Positions 41,893 through 51,990 of a stretch of DNA of 64,000 bases are shown piece by piece. Origin of the DNA: Syntrophales bacterium. Lineage in GTDB: Bacteria; Desulfobacterota; Syntrophia; Syntrophales; UBA2210. How positions within the stretch are numbered: position 1 is the stretch's first letter; each line of letters opens with the position of its first letter. Under the pieces are notes generated by a model. That model had not been told where the DNA came from and did not search any database. It saw nothing but the letters and a program-made list of their open reading frames with translations. The translations under genes were made by a program, and so were the position numbers. The stretch covers positions 1,344,001 to 1,408,000 of the forward strand of contig CAXXKT010000001.1 of assembly GCA_963662405.2 (NCBI GenBank), written 5' to 3'.

Positions 41893-43899
41893 TTAATGGT
41901 TCCGTTTCTGCTCGTAGGTCTTGATGACCCCCCCCCGGACCTCGTTTATGTGCTCTTGTTTTGCGTCGTATATCGTTTCTGCCTCTTCCGGGTTTTCGAC
42001 GATATGGGGGGTGATGAATATAAAGAGGTTCTTTTGATTACTCGACTCGCTCTCATACTTGAAGAGCCAGCCGAGGAGGGGGATATTCCCAAGGCAGGGG
42101 ACCTTGTATGTGGTGTAGGTGATGTCCTCTCCTATGAGTCCCCCGATGACGATGGAGTTCTTGTCCTTGATCGTGACCGCCGTCTTGGCGGTGCGCTTCA
42201 GCGTGGTGGGGCGTACCGTCTGTTGCCCCGCTTCGGTGACCAGCTTCGTTACCTCCTGGAATATATTGAGCCTGACGAACCGTCCCTGGCTGATCTGGGG
42301 GGTGATGCGTAGGGTCACCCCCACATCCTTATACTCATAACTGCTGTAATCGATGTCGGTGGAAGAGGTCTCCGCCCTCGTCTGATAGGGAACGTTTTCT
42401 CCGACGTATATCTCGGCTTCTTCGTTGTCCAGGGTCAGTATCTGGGGAGTGGACAGTATGTGGACGTTTTCATCCTTTTCATATGCCTGAATGATTGCCC
42501 CCAGGTTGGGAAATTCGATCCCGCCGATGTTAATCGTCTCGCTGAATACACCGAGTGACAATCCCTCCGGGAAGGATGCCGCTCCCGTGGTCGCATTAAC
42601 CGTCGGCATAATATCCTTTCCCACGAACCCGCCTCCGTAGTACTTGTTCCCGCCACTGAAGCTGTCTCCCGCCATCCACTCCACCCCTATGTTCAGTCCC
42701 TTGGCGACGTTGACTTCCATGATGAGGGCCTCGATGTAAACCATGGGGCGGGGGATGTCGAGTTGTTTGATGACCCCTTCGAGGACGTTGTAGTCGTCCC
42801 GTTCCGCCGTGATGATCAGGGTATTGGTGGCCTTGTCCGGTATGATGTTGATATCTTTCGAAAGGAGAGGCGCTGTACCCTTGCCCGTGGTTTTTGTTTC
42901 CTGTGATGGAAGATTCATCAGGACCTTTGCCAGCTCTTCGGCATCGGCATTTTCAAGGCGGTAGACACGGAGACGTTCCTCCCCCCGCGGGACGTCCCGG
43001 TCCAGCAGGTCGATCAGTTGTCTGATACGCGCCGTGTCGTTCTCGCTGGCCAGGGTGATGATGGTGTTGGTCCGCTCATCGGAGACGATCTGCATGTCGG
43101 ATGCAGCCGTTGCCCCTTTTCGCGGGGCCGATTTCTGAAATATCTGGCTCAGGGATTTTGCGACCGTTGCGGATGATGCCCTCTCCACCGGAATGACGGA
43201 GATCTGCTCTTCGATCCCTTCGGTATCAAGCGCATTGATGATTTTCAGGAGTCGTTCGATATTGGAGAGGAGATCCGTGACGACCAGCATCCCCGTGGGG
43301 GGATAGGAGAGGATGACGCTCGATTTGGATACCAGGGGGGTAAGCATCTTTTTCAGCTCGTCCGAATTGGCGTAATTCAGGGATACGATCTGGGTAATGA
43401 TCCGATCGTCCGGGGTGATGGCCTCTCGCTTGAGGCGTGTTTCGACATTCCGGGTCTTGGCTTCCCGTGAAGGGACGATCTTGATGATATTCCCCGACGG
43501 GATCGCACTGAAGCCGTGTACCTCCAGGACGGATTCGAATACCGTGTACGCCTCCCGAACGGAGATTTTCCGGGGAGAAATGACCGTTACGTTTCCTCGG
43601 ACGGCCTTGTCGACTACAAAATTCTTCCCGGTCAATTCACTGATGAACTTGATAAAAACGGCTATATCGACATTGTCGAAATCGATGGTGATGAATTGAT
43701 CCCCCGATGGTTGGGTGGGCGCGGGATTTTCCGTTTCAGAGAGAGGGGATGTTTTTGTTACATCCGTTGTTGTTGTGACAACAGCGTTGTCTCCTCCCGA
43801 CAGACGGGCGGCGTTGAGACTGTCGGGTGCGGCGAGGAAGGCGAGTGATACCAGGAGAAGAAACATCACAAGCAGGTTGTTCGTCAGTTGTGTATTCAT
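41893..43899 (-). CDS. gspD: T2SS secretin
   Basis: Signal peptide, N0 domain (F.NVDI..FI..IS), LDIPRP.V.IEA, ILSTP, KVP.LG.IP.LG.LF. Confidence 0.95.
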   Translation of the reverse strand: MNTQLTNNLLVMFLLLVSLAFLAAPDSLNAARLSGGDNAVVTTTTDVTKTSPLSETENPAPTQPSGDQFITIDFDNVDIAVFIKFISELTGKNFVVDKAVRGNVTVISPRKISVREAYTVFESVLEVHGFSAIPSGNIIKIVPSREAKTRNVETRLKREAITPDDRIITQIVSLNYANSDELKKMLTPLVSKSSVILSYPPTGMLVVTDLLSNIERLLKIINALDTEGIEEQISVIPVERASSATVAKSLSQIFQKSAPRKGATAASDMQIVSDERTNTIITLASENDTARIRQLIDLLDRDVPRGEERLRVYRLENADAEELAKVLMNLPSQETKTTGKGTAPLLSKDINIIPDKATNTLIITAERDDYNVLEGVIKQLDIPRPMVYIEALIMEVNVAKGLNIGVEWMAGDSFSGGNKYYGGGFVGKDIMPTVNATTGAASFPEGLSLGVFSETINIGGIEFPNLGAIIQAYEKDENVHILSTPQILTLDNEEAEIYVGENVPYQTRAETSSTDIDYSSYEYKDVGVTLRITPQISQGRFVRLNIFQEVTKLVTEAGQQTVRPTTLKRTAKTAVTIKDKNSIVIGGLIGEDITYTTYKVPCLGNIPLLGWLFKYESESSNQKNLFIFITPHIVENPEEAETIYDAKQEHINEVRGGVIKTYEQKRNH

Positions 43900-43948
43900 A
43901 TCAGTTATGAGACCGGCTGTGGGATCAGGGCTCGTTCCCCGGGGGATA

Positions 43949-44983
43949 TCACCGGGGTGGGAAGGCCCTCCCCACCTCTTTGTTGCCGGGGAGCGTGAGA
44001 CGCCGCCCCGGATAGATCATGTTTGAATCTTCCATTGTGGGATTGAGTTGCTTTATCCGTTTTAATATCCGATATGCCTCGCTCCCGGAAGACCCGAATT
44101 GTCTCCCGATGATGTCATAGATCCGATCACCTTCACGCACGATGTAGATGGGGCGGTCCGTCTGTGTGGATGCCGGGTCTTCCCCCATGACCCGTTCATA
44201 GCGGTCTGATCCGCGTAAACTGCTCAAGTCTCTATCATCTTTCGCCCAGTTTTTCACGTCATTATTTAACCGGATGGCCTGTTCCAGGTAATCGAGGGCG
44301 CGAACGGTGTTCCCTTCTCGTGCGTGGAGGCAGGCCAGGTTGTAGTACGGATCGACGTAATCGGCCTTGCTTTTGATTGCTCGCTGAAACACAGCCGCGG
44401 CGGCGTCACTGTTGCCGCGGAGCAGGTAGATGACCCCGAGGTTGTTGAGGGAGAAGAGGTGCCCAGGCTCCCTGCGCAGGATCTGGTTGTATGCCGTTTC
44501 CGCTCGCCCTGTCTCGCCCTTTTGCTGATATGCCATGGCGCGCTGATACAAGGAGTCGATCCCGGTGGTGTCCTTCTGTCGCCGCTCGCCGGTTTCGGTG
44601 GTGTTCACCGTTTCGCCGCTAGGGGCCCTGTGTATCGGATTTGTCCCCGGCTTGTTGTATCTGTGTGGGATGGTTGAGTCCTGCCGCGCAACGGCTGTCG
44701 TACCGGCAAGGGATGGGGGCAATCTTTTCTGTGGAGATGCCGCGTCCTGTCGGTCTGCAACAGCAGCACCGTTCCTGTTCTCGAAGAGTGAGCGATCTCG
44801 AAGCACGAAGAGGGAGAGCGTAACGCAGAGAACCGCAACGACAATCACGGCGGCACTGATACCCCACCGTCTTCTCCGATGGGTATCGGTGGAGGGGACA
44901 ACCGGCATGACGGGGGCGTAGCGGTTGTCCTTGCCGTCTCGCTCCTTTTGGGCCTTGATGAGGGCATTATCAATATAACTCAT
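43949..44983 (-). CDS. GspB/ExeB-like bitopic protein with TPR and LysM domains
   Basis: MSYIDNAL.KAQ.ER N-terminus, one TM, TPRs (NNLG, YNLAC), C-terminal LysM (YIVREGD...LNP...IYPG..L.LP). Confidence 0.7.
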   Translation of the reverse strand: MSYIDNALIKAQKERDGKDNRYAPVMPVVPSTDTHRRRRWGISAAVIVVAVLCVTLSLFVLRDRSLFENRNGAAVADRQDAASPQKRLPPSLAGTTAVARQDSTIPHRYNKPGTNPIHRAPSGETVNTTETGERRQKDTTGIDSLYQRAMAYQQKGETGRAETAYNQILRREPGHLFSLNNLGVIYLLRGNSDAAAAVFQRAIKSKADYVDPYYNLACLHAREGNTVRALDYLEQAIRLNNDVKNWAKDDRDLSSLRGSDRYERVMGEDPASTQTDRPIYIVREGDRIYDIIGRQFGSSGSEAYRILKRIKQLNPTMEDSNMIYPGRRLTLPGNKEVGRAFPPR

Positions 44984-44988
44984 TCGGT

Positions 44989-45954
44989 TCACCCGATACG
45001 ATTCGTCTGTGAGATGAAAAACTCGATGAGTGGCTCTTTGTTTATCATAACAATCACCGAAAAAATAATAATAAGGAAGGCGAGAACGACCAGCCGGATT
45101 ATCTTTCCATCAGCGGAGCCCGGTTTGTCGCCCGCATAGTTGATGCCGATATCCGTTGTCCCCTCTTTGACGATTTGCGGGTTGATGCTGCTGTTGTCCC
45201 TGCTGAATGCGATGAGGAGGGCACGATCGCAGATGGCGTTGATACGCCGGGGGATTCCCCGTGAATACCGGTAGATCAACCGACAGGCCCGGTTGGTGAA
45301 GTGAACGGAACCGTTGTCGCCGGATCCTGCGATCGACAGTCGGTGCCGTATGTAGTCTTTTACCTGCGGAAGGTCAAGCGGTGTCAGGGTATATCGGACG
45401 GGAATCCGTTCGTTGAGTTGCCTCAGTGCGGGAGATGCGAGGATTTCTTCCAGCTCCGGTTGCCCGATAAGTATGATCTGGAGGAGTTTTTCTCGTTCCG
45501 TTTCAAGGTTGGAGAGCATCCTGATCTGCTCCAGGACGGAGGGGGCGAGGTTCTGCGCCTCGTCGATCAAGAGAACGGCGTTTCTCCCGGCGGTAAAGTT
45601 TGCCAGAAGGAACCGGTTGAGGTCGTCGATATATCCCTTCTTGCTTTGTCTCCCCGCCCTCAGGGGGATCCCGAACTCCTGATTGATGGTTTCCAGGAGT
45701 TCAATCTCCGATACGGCTGAATTGAGGATGAGGGCAGCATCGGTAGATTCATCAATGAGAGAGAGAATCTTTCTGCAGAGGGTGGTCTTGCCGGTCCCGA
45801 TCCCTCCCGTAATGATGATGAACCCCTTTTTCTCGTTGATTCCGTACAGCAGGTGGTTGAGCGCTTCACTGTGTTGCCGGGAGAGAAAGAGGTATCGAGT
45901 GTCGGGTGTCACATTGAAAGGATTTTCGCGCAGGCCGAAATGTGATGTGTACAT
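44989..45954 (-). CDS. exeA: ExeA/GspA AAA+ ATPase (short form)
   Basis: MY..HFGL.ENPF..TPD, G.GTGKTT, IDEAQ, GQPEL, G.PR.IN.ICD; C-terminal TM. Confidence 0.88.
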   Translation of the reverse strand: MYTSHFGLRENPFNVTPDTRYLFLSRQHSEALNHLLYGINEKKGFIIITGGIGTGKTTLCRKILSLIDESTDAALILNSAVSEIELLETINQEFGIPLRAGRQSKKGYIDDLNRFLLANFTAGRNAVLLIDEAQNLAPSVLEQIRMLSNLETEREKLLQIILIGQPELEEILASPALRQLNERIPVRYTLTPLDLPQVKDYIRHRLSIAGSGDNGSVHFTNRACRLIYRYSRGIPRRINAICDRALLIAFSRDNSSINPQIVKEGTTDIGINYAGDKPGSADGKIIRLVVLAFLIIIFSVIVMINKEPLIEFFISQTNRIG

Positions 45955-45966
45955 GTTTCTCCCGGT

Positions 45967-46809
45967 TTACTCAAAAACGTATTTCAGATCCTGTTCTTTC
46001 CCCCGTCTCTTGATATGGAGGGTTATCCCCGACCCGGATTGCAAGTCTTTATACAAATCCATCATTTGAGTCGGGCTTTGAATCGGTTGGCCGTTCACGT
46101 CCTGAATGATGTCACCGTTCTGCATCCCCATTTTCTGGAATATGCTTCCCTTCTGGATCCTGCTTATGATGAACCCGTTTGCCGTTCCACCGGCAGAAAA
46201 GAAGGGATGAATCTTGGCCTGGGTAAGAAACTGACTCATGTTGCTCATGGCTTCGTCTATTTCAGCCTTGCTGACGGTCACGGTGTGATCCGCCTGAGGG
46301 GGCGTGCCCTCGCCGATTCCCTGTCCTCCCCCACCGGCCTTTTCCTCCATTCGCAACATGGTGTCCTTCCCATTGGCACGCAGGACGACCATCCCGCGCA
46401 TGATCTTGACAATGGTCGCGGAGGCAACGGTATCACCCAGCCGGAGGAGTTCCTGTTCCCTTGAGCCCGTTTCCTCGATGATGGCATAATCGAACCCTTC
46501 ACTTCCTGCGACTGTTCCCAGTAGTCTCAGCCTGAGCGTGGTCGGTTCGAGTTCTTCGATGTCGATCCGATCCTTGAGCATGATGGCACCGGTTGTCCCG
46601 AAGAGATTCCGCTCCTCGATGGGAGTATAGAATGCCAGGGGTTGTTTCATGGCCACCGAGGGAGAATGCGTTTTCCCCATCGCTATCTTTTCTTTTCCCG
46701 ACCCTCTCTCGGTATGCGCACTCAGTACCCGGTATACTATTCCCACCGATAGGTACGACAGGATGGTTATTGCCAAAACGATAAGGAATGGTCGAATCTT
46801 GTTCATCAT
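45967..46809 (-). CDS. gspC: T2SS protein C with PDZ domain
   Basis: TM, RNLFG, L.L.GT, G.QNGD.I..VNG (PDZ). Confidence 0.85.
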   Translation of the reverse strand: MMNKIRPFLIVLAITILSYLSVGIVYRVLSAHTERGSGKEKIAMGKTHSPSVAMKQPLAFYTPIEERNLFGTTGAIMLKDRIDIEELEPTTLRLRLLGTVAGSEGFDYAIIEETGSREQELLRLGDTVASATIVKIMRGMVVLRANGKDTMLRMEEKAGGGGQGIGEGTPPQADHTVTVSKAEIDEAMSNMSQFLTQAKIHPFFSAGGTANGFIISRIQKGSIFQKMGMQNGDIIQDVNGQPIQSPTQMMDLYKDLQSGSGITLHIKRRGKEQDLKYVFE

Positions 46810-46814
46810 ACCGA

Positions 46815-47631
46815 TTACCTGATCCTATGCCTCGGACGGGCGAGCGTTCCGCTGAGAGTGACGGAAAAATTCTTTTCAAGGGGGAGGAGACGCATACGAC
46901 CCTTGACCGCAATTCTGCTGAGGGGCAGATTATGGTTGAGGAATACCACCCCATTAAAGGAACCGTCGAGTTTTTTCCCCTCAATCACCGCCTTTTTGAT
47001 CTTGAGTGTCCGGTCTCGCAGGACGATCGAGGCAACCAGAGTATCGAAATCGAGTGCGTTGATGCCCAGCACGGGTCGTCGGAGTTCCATGCTCCCATCG
47101 AGGAGCGAGAGGTTTACATCAGCCGCTCCGTTGATCATATCGCCCATCAGCCCGTGGTAGGTAACCGTGCCCGTCAGTCGCCCCGTTACGCCCTGATTGA
47201 GGGTAGCCGTGAGATAGGAACAGGCCCCCACATCGATAGTCTTCAGCCGGGCATTGAGATTAATGGGAGATTCGGCGGTAAAACGATCGGTAAAACCGAC
47301 ATCCCCGGCCACTATCCCACCGTACATATCCGCCTCCCAGTTGCACGATACGATTCCCCGAAGGAGCTTGCCCCATGCAAGGTCGGCCTGTAAGTGATCG
47401 ATTACCACCGCCCCTGATTGCCTCTTTGTCCCGATGCTGAGATCCTCTATCTCCACGGAGAGAGGAAAGGTGAGCGCGGCCGAAGCCAGGGAGACCTCGA
47501 TAGCGGGATTGCCTTTCGCGATCGCCGATCGGATCCCCTGCTCAATAAGGGAATTGGGGGAAACGGCAGTACAGAAAGATAAGGGTTATCAAAATGCCGT
47601 AGGCGATGTATCCTGCCGGTTTTTTTTTCAT
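46815..47631 (-). pseudogene. gspN: T2SS protein N, frameshifted near the 5' end (real or sequencing error)
   Basis: ATG 47631 gives MKKKPAGYIAYGILITLIFLYCRFP then stop; a shift at the G5 run 47556-47560 joins the frame ending LSGTLARP; position after gspM. Confidence 0.7.
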
Positions 47632-47649
47632 CCTCACGTGCGGCCTCTC

Positions 47650-48180
47650 CTACTGGTAGGTGACGACGTGTATCAGTGCCGTCAAGTATTCGGTATTCCC
47701 CTTGCTCTGTTTCACTGACATTCGCTTGATTCGCACGAGGTTTTCCGGTGATTCGACGAGGTACAGATATCCGACAAGCTCTTTGAGCGTGATCCCCTCC
47801 AGACTCATTTCTACGGATGACTCCTTATAGGGGGTCCCTTCCGTTGACAGGGAGGGCTTCATATACTTTATCTTTGTTTTGATCCCCGCCCGTCCGGCTT
47901 GTTCTTCGAGAAAGGAGAAGAGGGTAAAGTCAGTTGAACGGTTGGCGAGGACGGCACCGATATTTCCGGAATCAATTCGCAGCCGTTGGTATTCGGTCCT
48001 GAGGGCGATGACCTCCTCCAGTGCCTTTTCCTGGACCGTGATCGAGTGCCTGAGCTTTTCATGTGCGTTCACAAGGGGCAGGAGGATAAACTGGAAGGCG
48101 ACGAAACCCGTTACCAGAAGTCCCCCCAGGGTGACATAAATTCGTTCTCTCCTTGTCAGTTTCAGGCCGATGTTCATCAC
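47650..48180 (-). CDS. gspM: T2SS protein M
   Basis: LT.RER N-terminus, TM, coiled coil, L..YLY.VE. Confidence 0.85.
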   Translation of the reverse strand: MMNIGLKLTRRERIYVTLGGLLVTGFVAFQFILLPLVNAHEKLRHSITVQEKALEEVIALRTEYQRLRIDSGNIGAVLANRSTDFTLFSFLEEQAGRAGIKTKIKYMKPSLSTEGTPYKESSVEMSLEGITLKELVGYLYLVESPENLVRIKRMSVKQSKGNTEYLTALIHVVTYQ

Positions 48181-49697
48181 TGGCGCAGTTCCATCCTCAG
48201 GTTCACTTCAACCCGATTTTCCTTTTTCATAAGATTCGCGGAGCTGATTTTGACGTTGGTGAATATCTCCGATTTGTCGAGGGCCTTTGTAATACTGTCG
48301 ACCGTATTGAAGGTGTCGGTTTGACCCTTGATGGTGACAGTTTCTCCTTCATACTGAAAACTCGTTATGAGGAAATCGACGGATCGTGGCAGGAGCAGGG
48401 AGAGGTCATGCAGGATTTCCAACACCCGTATGCCTCGGTAACCGGGTTTCCCCCCCGTGGACGGGTTGCGGAGCCGTGCCACCTCCGTTCTCAACTGGTG
48501 CACCGGGTCGACGATCCGTGTCACCCCGGGGAGTGTTTCATGGAAGACGGCCCGTATCTCCTCCCTCAGGGTATCTCGTCGCGCCGTGTCGTAATGATAT
48601 TTCAGAGAGGAATCGATCCCGAAGACACCCAGGATGACGAAGAGAAGGATGGCTATCCACCGGACGTTTTTGCTGAATTCGGCATCTTTTCTTTTCAGTC
48701 TGAACTCACCCGTCCTGAAGTTGAAATTATCCTTCACGCGGGCATCCCTGGTTGCGAGGGCAAGTGCTTGGTTCATCAGTGCGGGGTGCCCCCCGTCCGC
48801 TTGGAGCTTGTCGGATCCTGATATGTCGGCCATTGCCACCGGAAGGGAGAAGAAGGATTCCATTTCCTCCTTGAGTGGGGCGTACAGTGCCCCCCCGCCG
48901 GTGAGATAGATCATCGTCGGCATCGGATCCAGGCCCTGGTTGAGCGCGAGGGCGGAGAGGGTATTTTTGACATCGGCACCAAAGGCGGCACATCGTGCGT
49001 GGATCTTTTCGCGCGCTTCCCCCGCATTCCCCATTCGCTTTCTCTCCTCGGCGGCCGATTGGTCGCAGCCGAAGGTTTCCCTGATTGCGGAGGTTATAGT
49101 GTCTCCCCCGAACCCGAAGTGCCGCATCTGGAGTATCGTATTTCCCCTGAAGAAGGCGGCTTGCGTGCCTCGCTTCCCGATGTCCAGGAGGAGGATGTAT
49201 TCCTCGGGGTCACAGTGGGCCATCAGTTTCCGAGCCACCGGGGCGGGGCCGATATCAATGGCGGATATCTCCGTCCCGTACGGCGCGAGGAGATTGATCA
49301 GATCGGCGACAGCCGATTTGATCACGGACGTCGCCAATACCTCCGACTTTTCGTGCCGGGCGGTTATCGTATAGTCGGCGATGATGTCGTCAAGAGGAGT
49401 GGGGATGAGCGGCTCAAGTTCATAAGCGAGGACTTGCTCGATCTTCTTACGACTCTTGAAGGGGAGGGTGAGGTTTCGGAATGACACCTGCCATACGGGG
49501 AGAGCGGTCACGCATACGTCGGCCCTGAAGGTGTCGTCAGAAAAGAGTTTTCCGAGCGCCGTTTCCGTGCTTCCCCCCTCCGGGATGTGGACCAGTGCCG
49601 ATTTCAGGATATGGCTCTCCCTGAGGCCAGCGGCAAGCAGGACCGCTTTGATGCTCTCATCACCGATGTCGAGTCCGAGAATCTTTTCGGGCATCAA
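48177..49697 (-). CDS. gspL: T2SS protein L (PilM/PilN-like)
   Basis: LGLDIG actin-like start, LLDIG, GG..IT, LTGGG, NFR, TM, DPV.Q. Confidence 0.87.
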   Translation of the reverse strand: MMPEKILGLDIGDESIKAVLLAAGLRESHILKSALVHIPEGGSTETALGKLFSDDTFRADVCVTALPVWQVSFRNLTLPFKSRKKIEQVLAYELEPLIPTPLDDIIADYTITARHEKSEVLATSVIKSAVADLINLLAPYGTEISAIDIGPAPVARKLMAHCDPEEYILLLDIGKRGTQAAFFRGNTILQMRHFGFGGDTITSAIRETFGCDQSAAEERKRMGNAGEAREKIHARCAAFGADVKNTLSALALNQGLDPMPTMIYLTGGGALYAPLKEEMESFFSLPVAMADISGSDKLQADGGHPALMNQALALATRDARVKDNFNFRTGEFRLKRKDAEFSKNVRWIAILLFVILGVFGIDSSLKYHYDTARRDTLREEIRAVFHETLPGVTRIVDPVHQLRTEVARLRNPSTGGKPGYRGIRVLEILHDLSLLLPRSVDFLITSFQYEGETVTIKGQTDTFNTVDSITKALDKSEIFTNVKISSANLMKKENRVEVNLRMELRQ

Positions 49698-50668
49698 TCC
49701 GATCTCCAGGATAGGATTTTGATTCTTTTTTTCGAGCTGTCTCTTTTCACCACACCCCGTATCGTTTTGCTCATCCGGTCCAGCATGCCGGTGGTGGTAA
49801 TCGCGAAGATCGTGCTCTTCGTTGTTATCAGTGACGTGGGTATCGTAATCCCGTCCATGCCCGGCACCTCTTTATACCATGACGTGTGAGAGAGGTCGTT
49901 ATTCTCATTTCTCCTGTACTCCTCCATCTTCGAGACCATCTCCTCGGTGATTCCGTCCGCGAGGGCCATCAAAACCGGGGGGGGCGCGGTGTTGATATTG
50001 ATGGTGCCGGTGTTCTGCACCGTCATATAATGTCTGATGCCGGGATTATTTTCGGTCCCGTCGTAGAGATCACGGGTGATTCCCTTTATCAGCAGCAGTT
50101 CTTCGATGCTGTCGAGCGGTCCGTTCTTGCAGGGATAGGGCTGTTCCAGGATCCCGTAATACGGGTTCTCGGCACCGAACCCGGTCACCTCGTGATCTTC
50201 ATCGATCCAGTCCTTGATTGCGTCCACAATATCCCCGGCCTCCTGAACATCGAGGCCGAATCGCGCGAGCGTCAGGAAACGGATCAGCAAATCTTCAATA
50301 TCGCTGTTGAATGTGTGATCCTTAAAGAGACAACTGATCGGTATCATACCAGATTCATCCGTAATATCCAGTCTGAAATATCCCTCATCAAAAAGAGAGG
50401 ACGATTGGGCGGAGAGCAGCTCCGCCTTTGCCCACTCCTCATTCAGGGAGTCGAAGGCGTTGGTATCTTCCATCAGGAGAGCTGTTCCCCCATAGAAACC
50501 GGATTTTGCAATGTAGGAGAGTCGGATCGTATCCCTGAGATTCGCCGCCTCGTACAGTTCCGATCTCGACAGGAGATTGAACTGCAAGGTGAGCGCTATG
50601 AGGATGCCCGTTATCATGATCACCAGGATCAAAGCCACGCCCCGGTTATTCGACAGTATCTTCGTCAT
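49694..50668 (-). CDS. gspK: T2SS minor pseudopilin K
   Basis: RG|VALILV prepilin site, DWID.D, EL..IKG, ININTA. Confidence 0.92.
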   Translation of the reverse strand: MTKILSNNRGVALILVIMITGILIALTLQFNLLSRSELYEAANLRDTIRLSYIAKSGFYGGTALLMEDTNAFDSLNEEWAKAELLSAQSSSLFDEGYFRLDITDESGMIPISCLFKDHTFNSDIEDLLIRFLTLARFGLDVQEAGDIVDAIKDWIDEDHEVTGFGAENPYYGILEQPYPCKNGPLDSIEELLLIKGITRDLYDGTENNPGIRHYMTVQNTGTININTAPPPVLMALADGITEEMVSKMEEYRRNENNDLSHTSWYKEVPGMDGITIPTSLITTKSTIFAITTTGMLDRMSKTIRGVVKRDSSKKRIKILSWRSD

Positions 50669-51315
50669 TGACTTTTCACCATGGGCAGATACACCTTCGT
50701 GGCAAACCGGTACGGGCTTTCGTCGTCATTCGGGTTTGCAAAGGAGAGGTGGATGGCGACGATCGCGGGGATGGTATCTTTGTGGGTATGGGTTCGGGAA
50801 TCCCACGAATCGTATTCCTCACCGTCCCGGTTGTAGAATGTGTATGTGATCGAGCGGAGGCCCTCACACAGGAGAAAGCCTTCATTTGTGAAGAGTTCAT
50901 CACCGGTCTCCTGACGGTGATACAACCGGTCTTCCCTCATCAGCGTGCATCCTGCCTCTTCGTCTTCCCTGATATAATACCCGATGGAGGCGATCCCTTC
51001 CGCGTTTCCCCGGTACGGATCGAGATGTGCCGATGAGAGAAAGGAGAGGTTCATGAACCGCTGGCCCCGGATGTCCTGTTCCTCGGAGATAAAGCGAAAC
51101 GCATCGGCGTACCGCGAGACGGATTCCAGATCGGCAATCATTCGTTTCAGGGAACTGCGGGCCATTCCATAGACGCGGGTTCCATCTGCCGTTTCGTCGA
51201 TGAGGGTCAGTGTCCCGGTGTAGGCGGTATACACGGTGGTCAGGACCACGGCCAGGATGGTCATGGCGATCAGTATCTCGACGAGGGTAAATCCGCTTTT
51301 TCGTTTCGGCATCAC
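50665..51315 (-). CDS. gspJ: T2SS minor pseudopilin J
   Basis: G|FTLVEILIA prepilin motif; between gspI and gspK. Confidence 0.85.
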   Translation of the reverse strand: MMPKRKSGFTLVEILIAMTILAVVLTTVYTAYTGTLTLIDETADGTRVYGMARSSLKRMIADLESVSRYADAFRFISEEQDIRGQRFMNLSFLSSAHLDPYRGNAEGIASIGYYIREDEEAGCTLMREDRLYHRQETGDELFTNEGFLLCEGLRSITYTFYNRDGEEYDSWDSRTHTHKDTIPAIVAIHLSFANPNDDESPYRFATKVYLPMVKSQ

Positions 51316-51372
51316 GACTTTTCCTGAAGCGGTTGGATGTATCGATGTATTCTCCCGGTCCCTGAATATGGC

Positions 51373-51765
51373 CTAATCCGTGCTCACCCGGTACAGGACG
51401 AGGGCATACTGGTTGTTTCTCTTCATGGTGGTGTTTATCACCGTCAGGGTGATCTTTTTCAGATCTTCCATCTGTGTTTCCGCGATATCGAGACGCCACC
51501 TGTAATCGAGGAAGGCGTCGCCGAAGTCCCCTTCACCGGATGATAAATCCGAAAGAGGGGCCGCCTCGATACGTGCCATTTCGGCCTGCGCGAGGAGGGG
51601 CGCCGTCGTATCGAACCGCGATCCGCCGATCATGGATATACTCTGAGACTGGGATTGGAAAACCGCCGTAAAGGCGATCGCGAGGATGGCCATGGCCAGC
51701 ATGATCTCGAGGAGGGTGAATCCCCGGGGAGAATCCCCCGATACCGTTTTGCTGCGGATGCGCAT
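51373..51765 (-). CDS. gspI: T2SS minor pseudopilin I
   Basis: G|FTLLEIMLA.AI, A.LLA, Y.W. Confidence 0.85.
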   Translation of the reverse strand: MRIRSKTVSGDSPRGFTLLEIMLAMAILAIAFTAVFQSQSQSISMIGGSRFDTTAPLLAQAEMARIEAAPLSDLSSGEGDFGDAFLDYRWRLDIAETQMEDLKKITLTVINTTMKRNNQYALVLYRVSTD

Positions 51766-51938
51766 ATGCCGTTCTCCCTACCAGGATTCTTGATTCCTCC
51801 CGAAGATTCAAATGCTTATCATACCGAGTTGCATTGTTCAATATCGGATTTGAAAAATCGGATCTCTGCGTTGGCGTTGCGCGAGAAATGGAAGTCCTGC
51901 CGACGAGCATCGTGTGGGGGGGTGAAAGTGTCAATGAA

Positions 51939-51965
51939 GGGGTGCTGTCGTGATGACAGCACCCC
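51939..51965 (-). terminator. Stem-loop after the hydrolase gene
   Basis: ggggtgctgtc / gacagcacccc perfect 11-bp stem. Confidence 0.55.
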
Positions 51966-51990
51966 CCCCATTGGGTGATGTGTATCCGTC

